DNA of 62,350 nucleotides, filler included, from Sphacelaria rigidula (Eukaryota), in assembly GCA_964200075.2 (NCBI GenBank). It is 5 parts of 5 records of this genome, joined end to end, with 100 filler letters (N's around TTAATTAATTAA, not from the genome) between each part and the next. Parts side by side here need not be neighbours in the genome. Positions count along the whole stretch, not along the records: positions 24,983 to 37,372 come from CAXNAA020003822.1; 4 more parts are not named here. One strand, given 5' to 3'. Of this stretch, positions 24,983 through 37,472 are shown one piece after another. A program made the translations under genes and the position numbers. The notes beneath the pieces are model-generated. The model made no database searches and had not been told where the DNA came from. It saw only the letters and a program-made list of their open reading frames with translations. Numbering within the stretch: position 1 is the stretch's first letter; each line of letters opens with the position of its first letter.

Positions 24983-27505
24983 TGCCCTCGCCCCAAAGGG
25001 CCGGGTGGTTCATGGTCAAACACCTAAGGGGAGAAAAAAATGAAGCCCCCCCCCCCCCCCCCCCCCCCCCATCGTAGGATGACTCGCAAGTGGTGCGGGA
25101 TAAAGCGCACGGCCGCATTCATCCAAAATGAATCCCGTGCGTCTTGGTGTTCCTCATCCCGGTATGGACCGGTTTCTGTCAACTATTGTCTTTATGAAGC
25201 TCCTTCCGAGTGGCTGAGGGAGGGCTATCGTTAGATTAGATGCGTCTGTGCGTGCGTGCTCCACAGGTGCTGGCAAGAAGAGCGGCTGTACACTGAGGAG
25301 GTTCTACATTTATTTTCAACGTCCTGTAAATACTGTATACGTGTACTGTAACGTGAACTGTAGACGTCGTTCAAGTTTCCTTTCACACCTATAGTCATTT
25401 TCCTGTGAGGACCCAGATCTGTCCAAGACAAGAATAAGAATGGACTCGGTGAAGTTAAGGTTGAGAAGCCATGCTTGCAAAATATTGGTCAAGACACGGC
25501 CTAGTCGTAACGTCTATGCGTTATCCAAAGCTATACATGAAACACTGTGTTAGTATTGTATCCCCTCGCTACTTGTAGATTGTGAGGGATGCTACGGTAG
25601 GGGTGCACAAATATTCTCTGGGGTTAGAATTGTTGGGAGCCCTTTATCTCATTCAAAACACGACGAATAGAATATGTGAGAGCACGCCAGGATTACTATT
25701 TCAATGTGCGAAGGATATCCCGAATGTATTTGCAAACGGGGATGCCCCGACCCATATTCTTGTGCATCTAGAATCGTTAGGAGCCCCTGAACCAGACAAG
25801 ATTTTGCGCAAAAAGTGCACCTCTACCGTAGCATTTCTCTTGTAATATCTTACCACACCCATCGGACATCGCTGTCACAACAAGATCAATAGCTCGAAAG
25901 GAATCCAGGATGAGAATGGCCGAAAGAAGGTCCCGCCTTGTACCCGACTGGGGCTGAGTGGGGCAAGCTGGGTGAATACGGAAACTGATGCACCCCTGTT
26001 TTTTCCTTTCGGCCGTGGACTTTTTTCGCGATCGGTGGTCTTGCGGTGTTCCTTCGTTGCGCGTTTGTACCTGCTCTGCTGTACTGTGTCCTTGGGCTTC
26101 ATCGCTCCTGTATTTCCTTCTACCCTTCGCTCTCTCTTTTTCTCCCCACCTCTCCTCTCTCGAACGAAGGTTGTGTTTCTTTCCTCCCGTTGTACGTAAG
26201 TCGCAGTTTAGTGCCTCGCTTCGGCAGGATTCATGGGTGGGAGCTCATATTTAACATAACAGAACATAGCGTGGCCGAAAGCAAGCCCAAATCTGCTCCC
26301 ACGGCTTCTTGGCTTCCGTTTGGATATGAGTTCCTGACTTTTTTGCGCAAGACTTTTCCACCTGAAACCATGCTGTGGAGGTTACCCATTTTCTACGGTA
26401 TATACGAGTATATTCATACTACTGTAGAGTGTCTCGAGTGTCAAGACTCTTGTAGAACACACGACACCTGAAAGCTCTACACAGAGTACCAACATTCCTC
26501 TGGAGTTATGTGCCACAAGGCTTGTACCTCGAGACTAATTCAGTTTTTTTTTTTCCAGAGGAGCAAACATTCACGCCGAAAAAAACCCCTAGAAATCGAA
26601 GAACATACAAGTCCTCAAAGTTCGAAATGTCCCTTGGCATATTATGTATGCCGATTTTTCAAGTTCAACTCGAAGAACCGGCGTGAACACCTGGGCTCTT
26701 GTGCGACAAAGTGCCGGCTTGAAAGGTACACACTCCAAACGACTTTGTTTTCGTATTGAAATGACTTTTCGGGTACGTTTGACGTTAAAACGACCCCATC
26801 GGACTAGGTTTCTGAGTTACACAACGACACTTGGTATAAATGTTCCTTGGACTACCCCGGGACTGCATATTTACTTATTATTATGAAGCATCATTCTATT
26901 GTACCGGCTCCTGGAAGTCTTCACGCGGGCTCTTCGCAAAAGATTAGATTAGAGCGTTTCGGAAAACGCTTCTTTTGTCATTTCAGAGTGCAAATATCTC
27001 AGGTTCAGAGCGCAGAATGAAAAAATACAGATCATCGAAGAAAAGTTGAGGGGATACCGCATTTGACGGAGGGGGGAATAGTTTTTCGTCCCAATCTGAT
27101 TCTGAGATATTTGCACTCTGAAATGACAAAAAACCGTTTCCCGAAACTCTCTATTATCTTCGAAAATGAGGTTGAACATTAAAACGAGTTTCAACCCCTA
27201 AATTGTGCTTTCCCTGGCCTAAAGTCACATGACAAATGAAAAATGACAAATTAATTTCACATGGGCGATATCATGTCCCCCGATCTCCCTGAAACTACTT
27301 TGGGGGTTTCGCGTCTTCCGTTTCCCCAAGGGGTGTGCGCGAAATCACCGTTTTCTGGCTAGAAGTGTCCCTTTCTTTCACTCCAAAGCCGAGGCAAAAA
27401 GGTGCTTTCGCACACACTGTATCCTTTGTGGGGACGGGAGACGACGGAAAAAACTCCCAAACTAGTTTCAGGGAAGTCGGGGGGTATGAGGTCGTCCATT
27501 TGAGA

Positions 27506-27857
27506 CACACGCGGCCATTCCGCTACCCCCAAAATGCCTCCGGAGGGATGCGCGGCCCTCCAGAGGCATAACAAGCCTCCGGAGGCCTTCAATCCCCCCA
27601 GAGAAAACGAAACACTGCCGACCTGGAGGGCCGCGCACCCCTCCGGAGAAATTTGGGGATAGCAAAACGCCTTCGGAGTGATACGCGGCCCTCCAGAGGC
27701 AAAAACAAGCCCCCGGAGGCGTTTAATCCCTCTGGAGCAGACCAAAAAATCTCCTCTGGAGGGCCGCGCACCCCTCCGGAGGCGTTCAATTCCTCTGGAG
27801 GCTCGAAAAGTTGACCGACCTGCAGGAATTTTGGGGCTAGCCAAATGGCAACGTGTG
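27506..27857. mobile_element. CACAC-terminated MITE with internal CCTC(C/T)GGAGG palindromic repeats and 2-bp TSD (GA)
   Basis: GA|CACACGCGGCCATTCCGCTA...TAGCCAAATGGCAACGTGTG|GA; homologous to 29566-29895. Confidence 0.8.
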
Positions 27858-28291
27858 GAGTCATTCTTCGCATTAGATAAGGGAAGGCATTGTTTCGGGG
27901 TTAAAACTCGCTTCACATCCTCAACCTGATCTTTGAGGATGTAGTCTCTTCAAACGCGCAAAACTTCACGCCGTTTTTGTCAGGTAAATCAAGCTGTGAA
28001 AATTGCGCACGCATACTACTATGGGTTATCGGGAACCTTTCGATGGATTTTTTCCCCCAAAGTTTTTTTTTCGCCGGTTATCGGCGGGGGTCCGAGAAGG
28101 ACATGTGACCCCCAGGGTCCTGGGACTCCCCGCCACAGTCGTTTGGAAAAATTACTTATTGAATGATTCGTTGAAAGTTTCGTATAGCGACCCGCCATAA
28201 TACAATATATATATATATATATAGGATGGGGGTATATATAGCTCTGATGGTTTCTGGGTTTTCGTCTTTTGCTATCCCCCCTCTCCCCCCG

Positions 28292-28385
28292 TGCTCCGTC
28301 TCGAAAGGGATGCGGGGTCAATGGTCAAATGACTAAGGCAAGCAACAAATGAGTACGCCCCCCCCCCCCCCCCTCCCCCCCCCAC
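28292..28385 (+). mobile_element. 5'-truncated LINE 3' end (tail family 1) with C-run
   Basis: CTCCGTCTCGAAAGGGATGCG..TCAATGGTCAAATGACTAAGGCAAGCAACAAATGAGTACG(C)n matches 22394-22465. Confidence 0.85.
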
Positions 28386-28389
28386 CCCG

Positions 28390-29330
28390 GGGTTGGCATC
28401 AGTTGGCGATGACGCTGTAAAACACGCCACTCACATCGTAAGCTAGGCAACCATGTTGCCGATTTTTGTGCGGGCGTATGCGTTTTTTGTGCGGTAATCG
28501 TGATGGTGGTCGAGCCACACCATATATATATATATATATATATATTGTGCGGCGTGGGAGAATCTCAAGTCCGCACGAAGGGGGTGGTCGTACTACGTAG
28601 TGCTTAAATAGTGGGACACCCGTGAGGCAGTGTATAGGTCGTGGCTGTCTCTGAAAGTGGCGATGCCAGAAAGTATAAAAACACGGGATTTTACCAATTG
28701 GGGATTGATTTGGGGGGGGGGATGAGAACTCGGAGAATTAACATCTCCGTATCCCCACCAGCTCTTCGAAATATGATTTCATTTATCACTTACTCGCTCG
28801 TAGCTATTGACAACTACTACACGCCAAACATTTTTGGATTTCAATAAGCGAAATGTTGGGGTCCTAGGTGAAAAAACATTTTTTGAGGGGAAAAATTGTT
28901 TGGCGTTTAGCAGTTGTCAATAGCTACGAGCAAGAGAAGAAATAAGATCACATTTCGAAGAGCTGGTGGGGATACGAATATTTTAATTCTCCGGGTTCTC
29001 ATCCCCAATAAAAAATCCATCCCCAATTTGTAAAATCCCGTGTCTAAAGCAACTAATCGTAGGCTGCCATCCAAATGCAAGATAATCAGTACTCGTTCGC
29101 TTCGGGCCGAACAATTTCAATCTTATAGCAGGATGAAGCTGGCACCCTTCATGCGACTCACCGAACACACCACGGCGCTTCGCGCTTGATAATTGCGAGT
29201 GCGAGCCTGGCCTGACGAAAGTCCGGCGTGCTCCGTTCCGGCTTTGTGGGGTTGCGATGTCAGTGGTCTCATGACTATGGCATGCATGGTCATGAGTCGC
29301 CCCCCCCCCCGCCCCCCCCCCCCCCCCCCN
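28390..29330 (+). mobile_element. Non-LTR 3' fragment (tail family 2, ending GCATGCATGGTCATGAGTCG(C)n), interrupted by MITE B
   Basis: Homologous to uninterrupted minus-strand copy ~45785-46190 and to 40080-40210. Confidence 0.7.
28680..29044. mobile_element. MITE family B (internally deleted) with 4-bp TSD TAAA
   Basis: TAAA|AACACGGGATTTT...AAAATCCCGTGTC|TAAA. Confidence 0.88.
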
Positions 29331-29565
29331 NNNNNNNNNTCTGCTGCGGGGGTGTGGCTGGGTCGGGGCCCCCCCCCCCCCCCCCTCCCTCCCTCCCTCC
29401 CTCCCTCCCTCCCTCCTTCCCTCCCTCCCTCCCTTTTTTTTCTCCCGCCTCGTTTGTTTTCAGTTCATTGCACGGGTCGAACGAATGAATGATTCGTCTG
29501 GATATTACTTGATTTTAGTCTGATTGATTCATACTGTACGAATCAATCTTTGGGCTTTGTTTTCA

Positions 29566-29895
29566 CATACGCGACCATTCGGCTATCCTCTAGACGGTAT
29601 TTCATCCCCAGATCCGGTCATAAACCAATCCGCTGGAGGGCATCTGATGCTCCAGTGACTTCTGAGATCTGAATCCCTCGAGAGTAACAAAAAAGTTGGT
29701 GCTCTGGAGGGCCGCGCATCCTCCAAAATCCTCCGGAGGATGCGCGGCACTCCAGAGGCAAAACAAGCCTCTGGGGGTGTTTGATGCCACCCCTCTGGAG
29801 GGCCGCGCACCCTCTGGAGGTGTTTCATTCCTCTGGAGGATCGAAAAGTTGACCGGAACAGAGTATTTTTGGGAGTAGCCGAATGGTCGCGTGTG
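29566..29895. mobile_element. Second copy of the CACAC/CCTCTGGAGG MITE with 2-bp TSD (CA)
   Basis: CA|CATACGCGACCATTCGGCTA...TAGCCGAATGGTCGCGTGTG|CA. Confidence 0.8.
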
Positions 29896-30649
29896 CAGCG
29901 TTGTAACCCAGGTACGCGCATCCCAGGCACGCGGAATGACGCAAAAGTTGCGTGGGAACCTTCTCGACCATCGGTCGACTTTTTCCTCTCTTTAGAGCAA
30001 TCAGGCCTGAAAAATCGTGGATTTGGTGATTCGAACCGGCGATGATTCGTCCGAACCGTTGTTCATTGTTATATATATACAAGGGCTTCGGACGCGGGGG
30101 CCTACGGCCCCCTCGTCCTTCGGTATACTGTGGTGTCATGACGTTTAGACTTGTGAGAAATGTTACCAGGAGTAATGGTGATGTCGGAAAGAAGGAGGAC
30201 AGACTTGGCAGGAGCCCCCGCGCCCTTTGGTGTACTGTAGTCTCACGACGTTGAGACTGGTGAGAAATGTTACGAAGAGTGATGGTGATGTCGGAAAGAA
30301 GGAGGACGGATTTGGTGGGAGAAGTTTGTGGCGTTTAGATGAACGCCTGTCGTGGAAACGGGTGCAACGTTGTTGCGGTTGCTTGAAAGCTGCACGAAAT
30401 AGCGCACGAAAGAGCGACGATCGAAAGCCGTTCAATTAAAATCTTGAAATCCAAAGTCTTCAATCCGTGTAGACTTACGTCTCGAGTTGAATTGAGAACC
30501 ACATCGGAGCCGGAAATGTGAAGGACTGTGGATGAAGGAAAGCACAGTGGATGTCAACATGACAACAATTTACGGATGACGATCTAACTACAACATTAGA
30601 AGCTAAAACGCCGTTTAGGACGACGAAAAGAACGTTCAGAAGCTATCGT

Positions 30650-30704
30650 AATATTTAGCTACTGTTGAAGGTCAGCTGCCGATGTTCAACAGTAGCTAAA
30701 TATT
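30650..30704. repeat. Perfect 20-bp inverted repeat with 15-nt loop in the Helitron 3' region
   Basis: AATATTTAGCTACTGTTGAA / TTCAACAGTAGCTAAATATT. Confidence 0.9.
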
Positions 30705-31115
30705 GCTCCAGTGAAAACCTAAAAACAACCGACCAAAGGGAATGAACGCAGACACACGAGAGGAATGACCACTGGTGTCAAAAAAGTCACACCCTGTATA
30801 ATTTTGGGCTTTAGGAACCCCTTACTTGACGCCCTCACGCTTGCTGCAACTTGAAGAAAATTTATCAGAAGCCATGTAGGAACGTTGACTTAAAACACTA
30901 CATATGAAGTCTTGAACTGATAGGCACTGGCGACAAAAGTTAAATTCCTGGAGATTGACCCTGTCGTGTGGGTCAATAAGCACGCCGAAGTGATGCCGTT
31001 GACGGGTGGTAGACCATGCCGGTTGGTGACGGTCGACTATGTCGAAGCCGTCGTGAAGATGCGCCACCTTGAGTACTATACGTGGTGCAGGGCAAATTGG
31101 AGCATAAACGTTGAA

Positions 31116-31550
31116 TCAATGATTAGTACTTTGATGGATGATGAATGTGTCGTAATGCTTTGCGACAGTGTTGAATTTTAAACATAGCTCGTCTGGGTCC
31201 ACTAGGTTGGGGTGCGGCAGGGTTGAGCAATGAAAGTGAACACGTATGGGGCACTCATATATGGAAAGATCTGCTGTTATTTCCGGTTGCCCCATATATG
31301 TGCTTGGCATAGACATTTTAAAAAGATAATCGTCATATGAGGAGTAAGTGGTTGGTTGTGAATGTATACTGTAGAGATGTTCTTTGTCGATCCCGTCGTA
31401 AATGTGGAAATCGTTGTTGTGACGGTTGTTTGCTAGGTGTCTCAGAATTTGATGTCGAGCTTTCATACGCAATTCAGGATCTCCAAGGAAACGCCTAGCA
31501 ATCGCCCTGAACCCGCACGAACCATCTCCTATTTCATGCTGAACAGTCCA
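31116..31550 (-). other. OTU-like cysteine protease domain fused in frame C-terminal to the helicase
   Basis: EIGDGSCGFRAIA (D-G-x-C box), YDDYLFKMSMPSTYMGQPEI, LKFNTVAKHYD (His box). Confidence 0.85.
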
Positions 31551-34500
31551 CGTTGGGTGCGGAACGTTCGGGTCAGTTGAGCGTTGATGATCTTTATTGG
31601 TGGCAGCATCTATGAATGGCGAATAGACAACATTCTCTGTGTGTGGAATACCGTCGATGATGTGGTCTGTAGGTAGGAGACACATGATGGACTGACGATT
31701 TTGTGCGCAGCTTAATGCGACGTACAGTTGACCATGGGCGAAAGCAGGCGACCTCAAGTCTGCACCTATTTTCGTCAAAGTTTGTCCTTGGCTCTTGTTA
31801 ATTGTCATCGAATAAGCCGTTCTAAGGGGAAACTGGACACGCATAAAATTTATTCCATTCCGTCCAACCTTTGCATGGAAACCGATTCTTGGACTCAAAA
31901 CTATTGGTCTGGGTGTTTCATCGGTGAGAAGCTCAACTTGTATTACCCTCGTATTGGGTGAAATAGCGCGCAACACACATTTTTGGCCGTTGACGAGTCC
32001 TTCTGAAAAGTTGAGGTTCCTTGTGATCATCACGAGACCATCCGTTTTGAGCTGAAGCTGATGCGGTGGAACACGTTGCACGTTGAGCTGGTTGAGATGT
32101 TCAGGCGATGCAAATGCTGTGTGAGATGATGACTCGTCTGAAATGAGAGAATCCGAACTATAGAAAGAGCAGTGATTTCCCGGGCGTTGGTCGGAGATGG
32201 CGTCATTGGAACGGTCAATGGCACTGTTTGTGGTGGCTAATATTGCTCGTTTTCCCCATGTATGGGAGTCTTCGGTAACATCTGGGTGAACAAATTTTAT
32301 CAGATCGCTAAAAATTGTCGTGTATTTTACTTGAAAGTGGTTAGATTGATTGTCGTCGTTATGGTTGTTTAAGATGATAAATTCAGTTCCGTTCATTATT
32401 TTGGTTGGTTTTGACCCTTCCCCTATAGCCCGAACAAATGCAGCATACTGAGGATCGTCTTTATCTCTCTGTGATTTGGTTAGTTTCATTCGTTGTACAA
32501 TTTTCCACAAAGTGCTAGAGATGAAGGCTGCGTCAATGGTGTCAGTTGCAGAACCATTTGTGACTATTGGACCTGTCTGGCGCCAGTCACCGCTGAATAA
32601 GATTGTTTTGCCACCGAAAATTGTGTCATTTTTCATGAGATCTTGAATGGTCCTGTCTAGAGCTTCAACACAGTATCTGTGTGTCATAGGCAGCTTGTCC
32701 CAAATGGTGAGGTCACTTCTTCGTATCAGTTCTGCTCTTTGTGTTTGAGTTTTTATATTACAAACGCAGGATGGGGTCAATGATTCGTCCATTGGCAGTT
32801 TAAACATGGAATGTGCAGTCCAACCGCCTGGCAGTTGCAGGGCAGCAATACCTGTAGACGCAACAATTAATACTGTTTTGTTTTCACTCCTTCATCTGGC
32901 GGATATACATTTTTCGGTGTATGTCACCGGTACCCGCAGGTGCATCAATCATAAAAGCTCCACCACTTGCATTTTGTACTGGTTTCATGACAGATTTGTA
33001 TACTTTTTTCTATTCAGACGTCAGGCGGGGCTCATGTAGATCGGCGTATTCTTTACACGTCTGTGGGTTGAAAGCTTCACGCATTCTCTGAAATTCTGTA
33101 CATGAATGAGTAACAGATGGAAGGTTCACTTGTTCGTTTGTTTTCCCATGTAGTTTCAACTTCAAGTCTATTTCTCGCAAAGCCGCTTCCAAAGCATCGT
33201 CTGTCGATAGAGTGTGGAGGAAATCCTCAATCAAGCTCTCTTTAAAGTCACACCAAAGTTTCGAAGCAGGAGCCCCATCTAGAATTCGTGTAAGAAATAG
33301 TGAACGCAATTGATTTGCAATCTGAAAGGCAGACGCCTCTTCCATGCACAGCGTATATTCTTCATCTCCTGTAATCAACCCTCTAGCTCGTGCTGCATCG
33401 TGAAAAGTTGCGTCTATTTCAGGCTCACTATTATTAGTCAACACGGTACGCAAATCATCAAATGATTTTGCCGGTACACTGTGAAGCAAAAGTCTTGAAT
33501 AGAAGAGGTCGCCTACTGTTGGATTTTGAAAATATATACGACACACGTGATTTTTTATTTTTTTCGTTCGGAAACGACGTTTTTGTAACCGTCCAAATAT
33601 TTACCTAAGGGTGAAACCTCAAGTGGAGCGTCTGTTTTTTTTGGAGTGGTGACGGTGTACTGTTCGTAGTAATCTAAAGTAGTCAGGTCAGCGAAGCAGT
33701 CATTAATTGGTCTGTGGAAATATTTCAGTAAATGTGTTTGAGAGTTTTCTGCTAATTCCAGTCGTTGCTCATGGGTCGCATCTTCAGGATACGTGATGTA
33801 CTCCTCCTTCGAGATGCGCATGAATCTTAGTGACTGCAGGATACCTATCTACCATGTTATAACCCAACAATCTCCATGTTGCTTCCGCAGCTGAGATGTA
33901 TCTACTTTTTCTGTATTGTTCAATTTCACTCGTAGTTCCTTGAATCCTTGCGTTTGCGAAATCCGCACCGTTGTTGACATACTTAAAAAGATACTTGACA
34001 CAGGCTGTAGCGGTAACGATATCCACACATATGACAATCAAACATCATGAGCAACATGGGATTGTATGACACCACCCATTCATTTCCGATCTTCACATCT
34101 GTCCATTTCCCATCAACGCGCGCACTCTGATGGTTGGGTTATCACCGTTATTTGTTCTCTTCTATTCTGCTCGTCCCGTTTTGTCACTGAGAGACGCAAC
34201 ACTTCTAAAAGGTTTGTGGATAATATTTATTGCAAGACTTTCGTGTCTTATCTTTGTTTAATTGCATGCATGGAGAGTTTACGTTATGTGTTCCGCAAGG
34301 TCTGTGTATCATATATTTTAGTACTTTTTCCCTCAGTTTTCCTTCAGAGATGCGTTCGCTAGGCAGCTGAGCCTAAACCCATTTGTCAAATTCGTTTAGA
34401 GCATCTGGACCTGCGTTTTTAAACATCATCAAGATGTGAGCATGTGGATAGCCGCGTTTCTGAAATTCTATGACAGAGATGACTATCATATGGGCCAAAA

Positions 34501-36228
34501 AAAAATTCCTGACTTGAGTACTCTCATGATTTCCCTCATTTTCATCTTGAACACCCGACAACATAAATCAGGACGATCATATGCGCATTGTCCCGGCAGC
34601 AAATTTTCTTTTACTTCTAGCCAATCGGCGTTAAATGTGACTGTGATAAACAAATGCGGTCTCCCTCGCCTATTGACAATGCTTAAAGCGTCTTCCGTAT
34701 CACTCTTTCTCTTCGCAGGTGACCCTGGGTGGCTAGCAGGAAGTTGTTTTCCAGGTTGTACGTCGGGTTGAGAGTCTCGAAATGGTCGGTCGGAAGCTAG
34801 TCTTCGTTGAAGAGGAGCATTTTCTACGAATGACAACCGTTCTTCTTCCATTCTGCTTAGGGAATCACACACCCATTCTTGTGCTATGCGGCTAGTCAGT
34901 TTGAATATTGGTTCCGCAAGGACTCTTTGCCTGCAGTAAAAAGGGAACGTAACAGGATGAGTGTTGTGCTTGTTCATGGTCTTTGATTTGAACGGAGGGT
35001 CTTCACTGTAATGCCCTTTACTCCAACCTGCTTCTCCATGCAAATATAATAGTGGAAATTGTAAAGTTTCATAAGTTGAACTCCAAAGCGGCAAAAATCG
35101 TGGTTCATCATCTGGGCTGTTTTTGGGATATGTCACCACTGTACGCGGTGCATCGTTTTGATTACCTGAAGCGTACACTAGGGCTGCTATTTCAGGTGCA
35201 CATGGTTTGTCTCCCACGATAGGTCCGTCGATTGCACGGCTTACTTCCGCAAATTCTATGAAGGAAGATTCTGATTGTTCACGGCGACCATGTGACGCGT
35301 TTAGTATGTGATCGACAGCTGATTTGTATTCTTGAGCCCATCTGATTTTTGTGTGTATGTGTGTCCTTAATGTACGTGCAATTTGAATATTTAAACAGAG
35401 CGATGAAGCGTTCTCAGCAAATTCCGAGTAATATTTGTGAAACCTAGCACTGTTAGCTACGTTGTACTTTTCATACCTCTCCTGTAAATAAAAAATTCTA
35501 TGGTACGCTTTACCATGGAGGCACAGCATTGAGGGTGGCCCTGGTTCTGTCCATGTCCGTTTTTCCAAACCTCCTGCTCCTAATGCAGTAAAACTGAACA
35601 ATCCGTTGTACCTTCTTTGCAAGTTTTGGAATGACGCGCTCTGGAATATTGAGTTTAAGTTTTTCGAAACAGGTTTGAGCGGATGAATTGCAGATCTACC
35701 TTTGTTGCAGCAATTGTATCTGTTGTACCTTTCCTCTACCCATGGCGCGGAGCTGCAATGGGGGCAAGTGTAGTTACTCTCATGCATCAGATAAGGGAAC
35801 TGCAATTGATACGGTTCGAGCGGACAGTCTTTTCGTATGGAATTTAAAATCTTGCACGCCAAGCCTTTCGTCATCTGAGTCGCTGCTGTCGCTATCATCT
35901 GTATTCATATCGCTATCTAGAGGTCTTCTCGGAGGGTGGTTTCTCATTCTGTTGAAATGTTGCGCTATAATATCAGTTCTGAGTCTGAGTCACTGCTGAT
36001 GAGATCAACTCGTTGTGTTACAATCACGTCGGTTTTTGAGTCAGGGTCGCTGCAAAAATCAGATGCTATGAAGTTCTTTTGAGGTTGAACTTGTTGCCTG
36101 CGATAGCCGCCTCGGATTTGACCCGCTGATCTTCGTTGCGCTATGACCTCAGCACGTCTTCTTCTTTTATCACGCGCGTTATCAGCACGACGTGCAGCTC
36201 CACGCGTAGTACGTTGATGTGTAAACAT
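31116..36228 (-). pseudogene. Helitron RepHel polyprotein: Zn finger, HUH Rep, Pif1-family helicase, OTU protease (multiple frameshifts and stops)
   Basis: CPHC..CC Zn finger; Rep motifs GRPHLFITVTFN, IEFQKRGYPHAHIL, MIHRPCG, WVVSYNP, VKYLFKYV; helicase IDAPAGTG, IWDKLPM, GDWRQTGP, RNLNFSEGLVNG, QFPLRTAYSMTINKSQGQTL, FAHGQLYVALS. Confidence 0.95.
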
Positions 36229-36319
36229 GTCAGTCGAGAGTGTATCGTAAGCGTTGAAAAAGGTTTAGGGGAGCGTTTGCCCAATCTAGGTTTTTACCTT
36301 CACGCGAAAACGTCGTACC

Positions 36320-36640
36320 TCAAAAATCCTTCAGGGAGTCTGGGACGGCGGCTGACGGTTGGGACGCCTCCTTCTCGGGTGTCGTCCCCAGGTCCTTGTA
36401 CCCCTTTTTTTGCTCCACGTAGTCGTTGATCGCTTTCCTCCACTCGCGCTTGGAGCAGATAAAGTGGAGGGGAGGATCGACCCAGTCCTTCACCACGAGC
36501 TCGCCGGCCTTGATCTTGCCAGTGCAGCCGATGTTGATGTCCTTGGCGACAGCCTTCTTACCATCCCAACAAAGACAGCGTTTCTGCGTGTTCACAATTG
36601 GGCCAGAAAAAGATGGTACAATTTGACGCGGTAGATACAT
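36320..36640 (-). CDS. Intact 106-aa ORF of unknown function just upstream of RepHel, probably inside the Helitron
   Basis: ATG to TGA, GC3-rich codons (AAG/GAC/GAG), same strand, ends 91 nt before the RepHel ATG. Confidence 0.5.
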   Translation of the reverse strand: MYLPRQIVPSFSGPIVNTQKRCLCWDGKKAVAKDINIGCTGKIKAGELVVKDWVDPPLHFICSKREWRKAINDYVEQKKGYKDLGTTPEKEASQPSAAVPDSLKDF

Positions 36641-37372
36641 GGAAAATGTACGTGTGACAAATGCGTAGACCCACTTTTATGGCAAACGAATGCCGATTTT
36701 TTCGGACACCGATTTTGAAAAAATGGGGGGGGGGTCAAATTCGTGTACTCAAAATCGGGGTGACCATTTTATGGAACAGACGGTACAGTATCACAGATTT
36801 GTGAAACGGTTGTCTACACACACGGTCATTTTTTGCGTGAGTGCGGTACTGCGTTCTTGTGCATGAAGCCGAAGAGCAGGCAGGCGGTAAACAATCCTTC
36901 GAGTACAGTGTCGTACCTCGATACCCTAGGGTAATACAGTATTGCACACTTCATCAGTACAGTACATCATAATGGCTTGTGGTAGTACATGATGGCACAG
37001 TCGGTATTGCGAGTACAGAGAACAAACAGTGCGCGAGCAGAGTTCAAAAGTGCAGTGCCGCACATCACCCCTCAAGCACAGCGACAACAGCTGGGAGAGT
37101 GCAGTAGCGTTCGTTATAGTGATACATATGGCAGCGCAGCGCGGTGTAAAATATTTCTATCGCCGTAGGCTATGGCGTCAGCACATATTATCCGCTTGTC
37201 AAACCCCGTGCGAAGTTGCTTCAGCAGCTGCGGCGGCAGTACGCACGCCCTGTCTGTGCTGTCACGAGACTGTCTTCTGCTGCAGTTGTTGCAAAAATAT
37301 CAAACGCCTCGTACTCTGGGAGTGTACGTCAATGCACGTACGTCACCTCAAAAAAATCGAGGGAGTCACGAT

Positions 37373-37472
37373 NNNNNNNNNNNNNNNNNNNNNNNNNNNN
37401 NNNNNNNNNNNNNNNNTTAATTAATTAANNNNNNNNNNNNNNNNNNNNNNNNNNNNNNNNNNNNNNNNNNNN
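37373..37472. other. Artificial contig linker
   Basis: 44 N + TTAATTAATTAA + 44 N. Confidence 0.97.

Larger units (their letters stand above)
30080..36780 (-). mobile_element. Helitron (rolling-circle transposon), near full length but decayed
   Basis: RepHel motifs; the minus-strand 3' end has a GGGGGCC-GTA-GGCCCCC hairpin followed by CTTG|T. The 5' end is approximate (TCTGTTCC at 36780). Confidence 0.9.
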
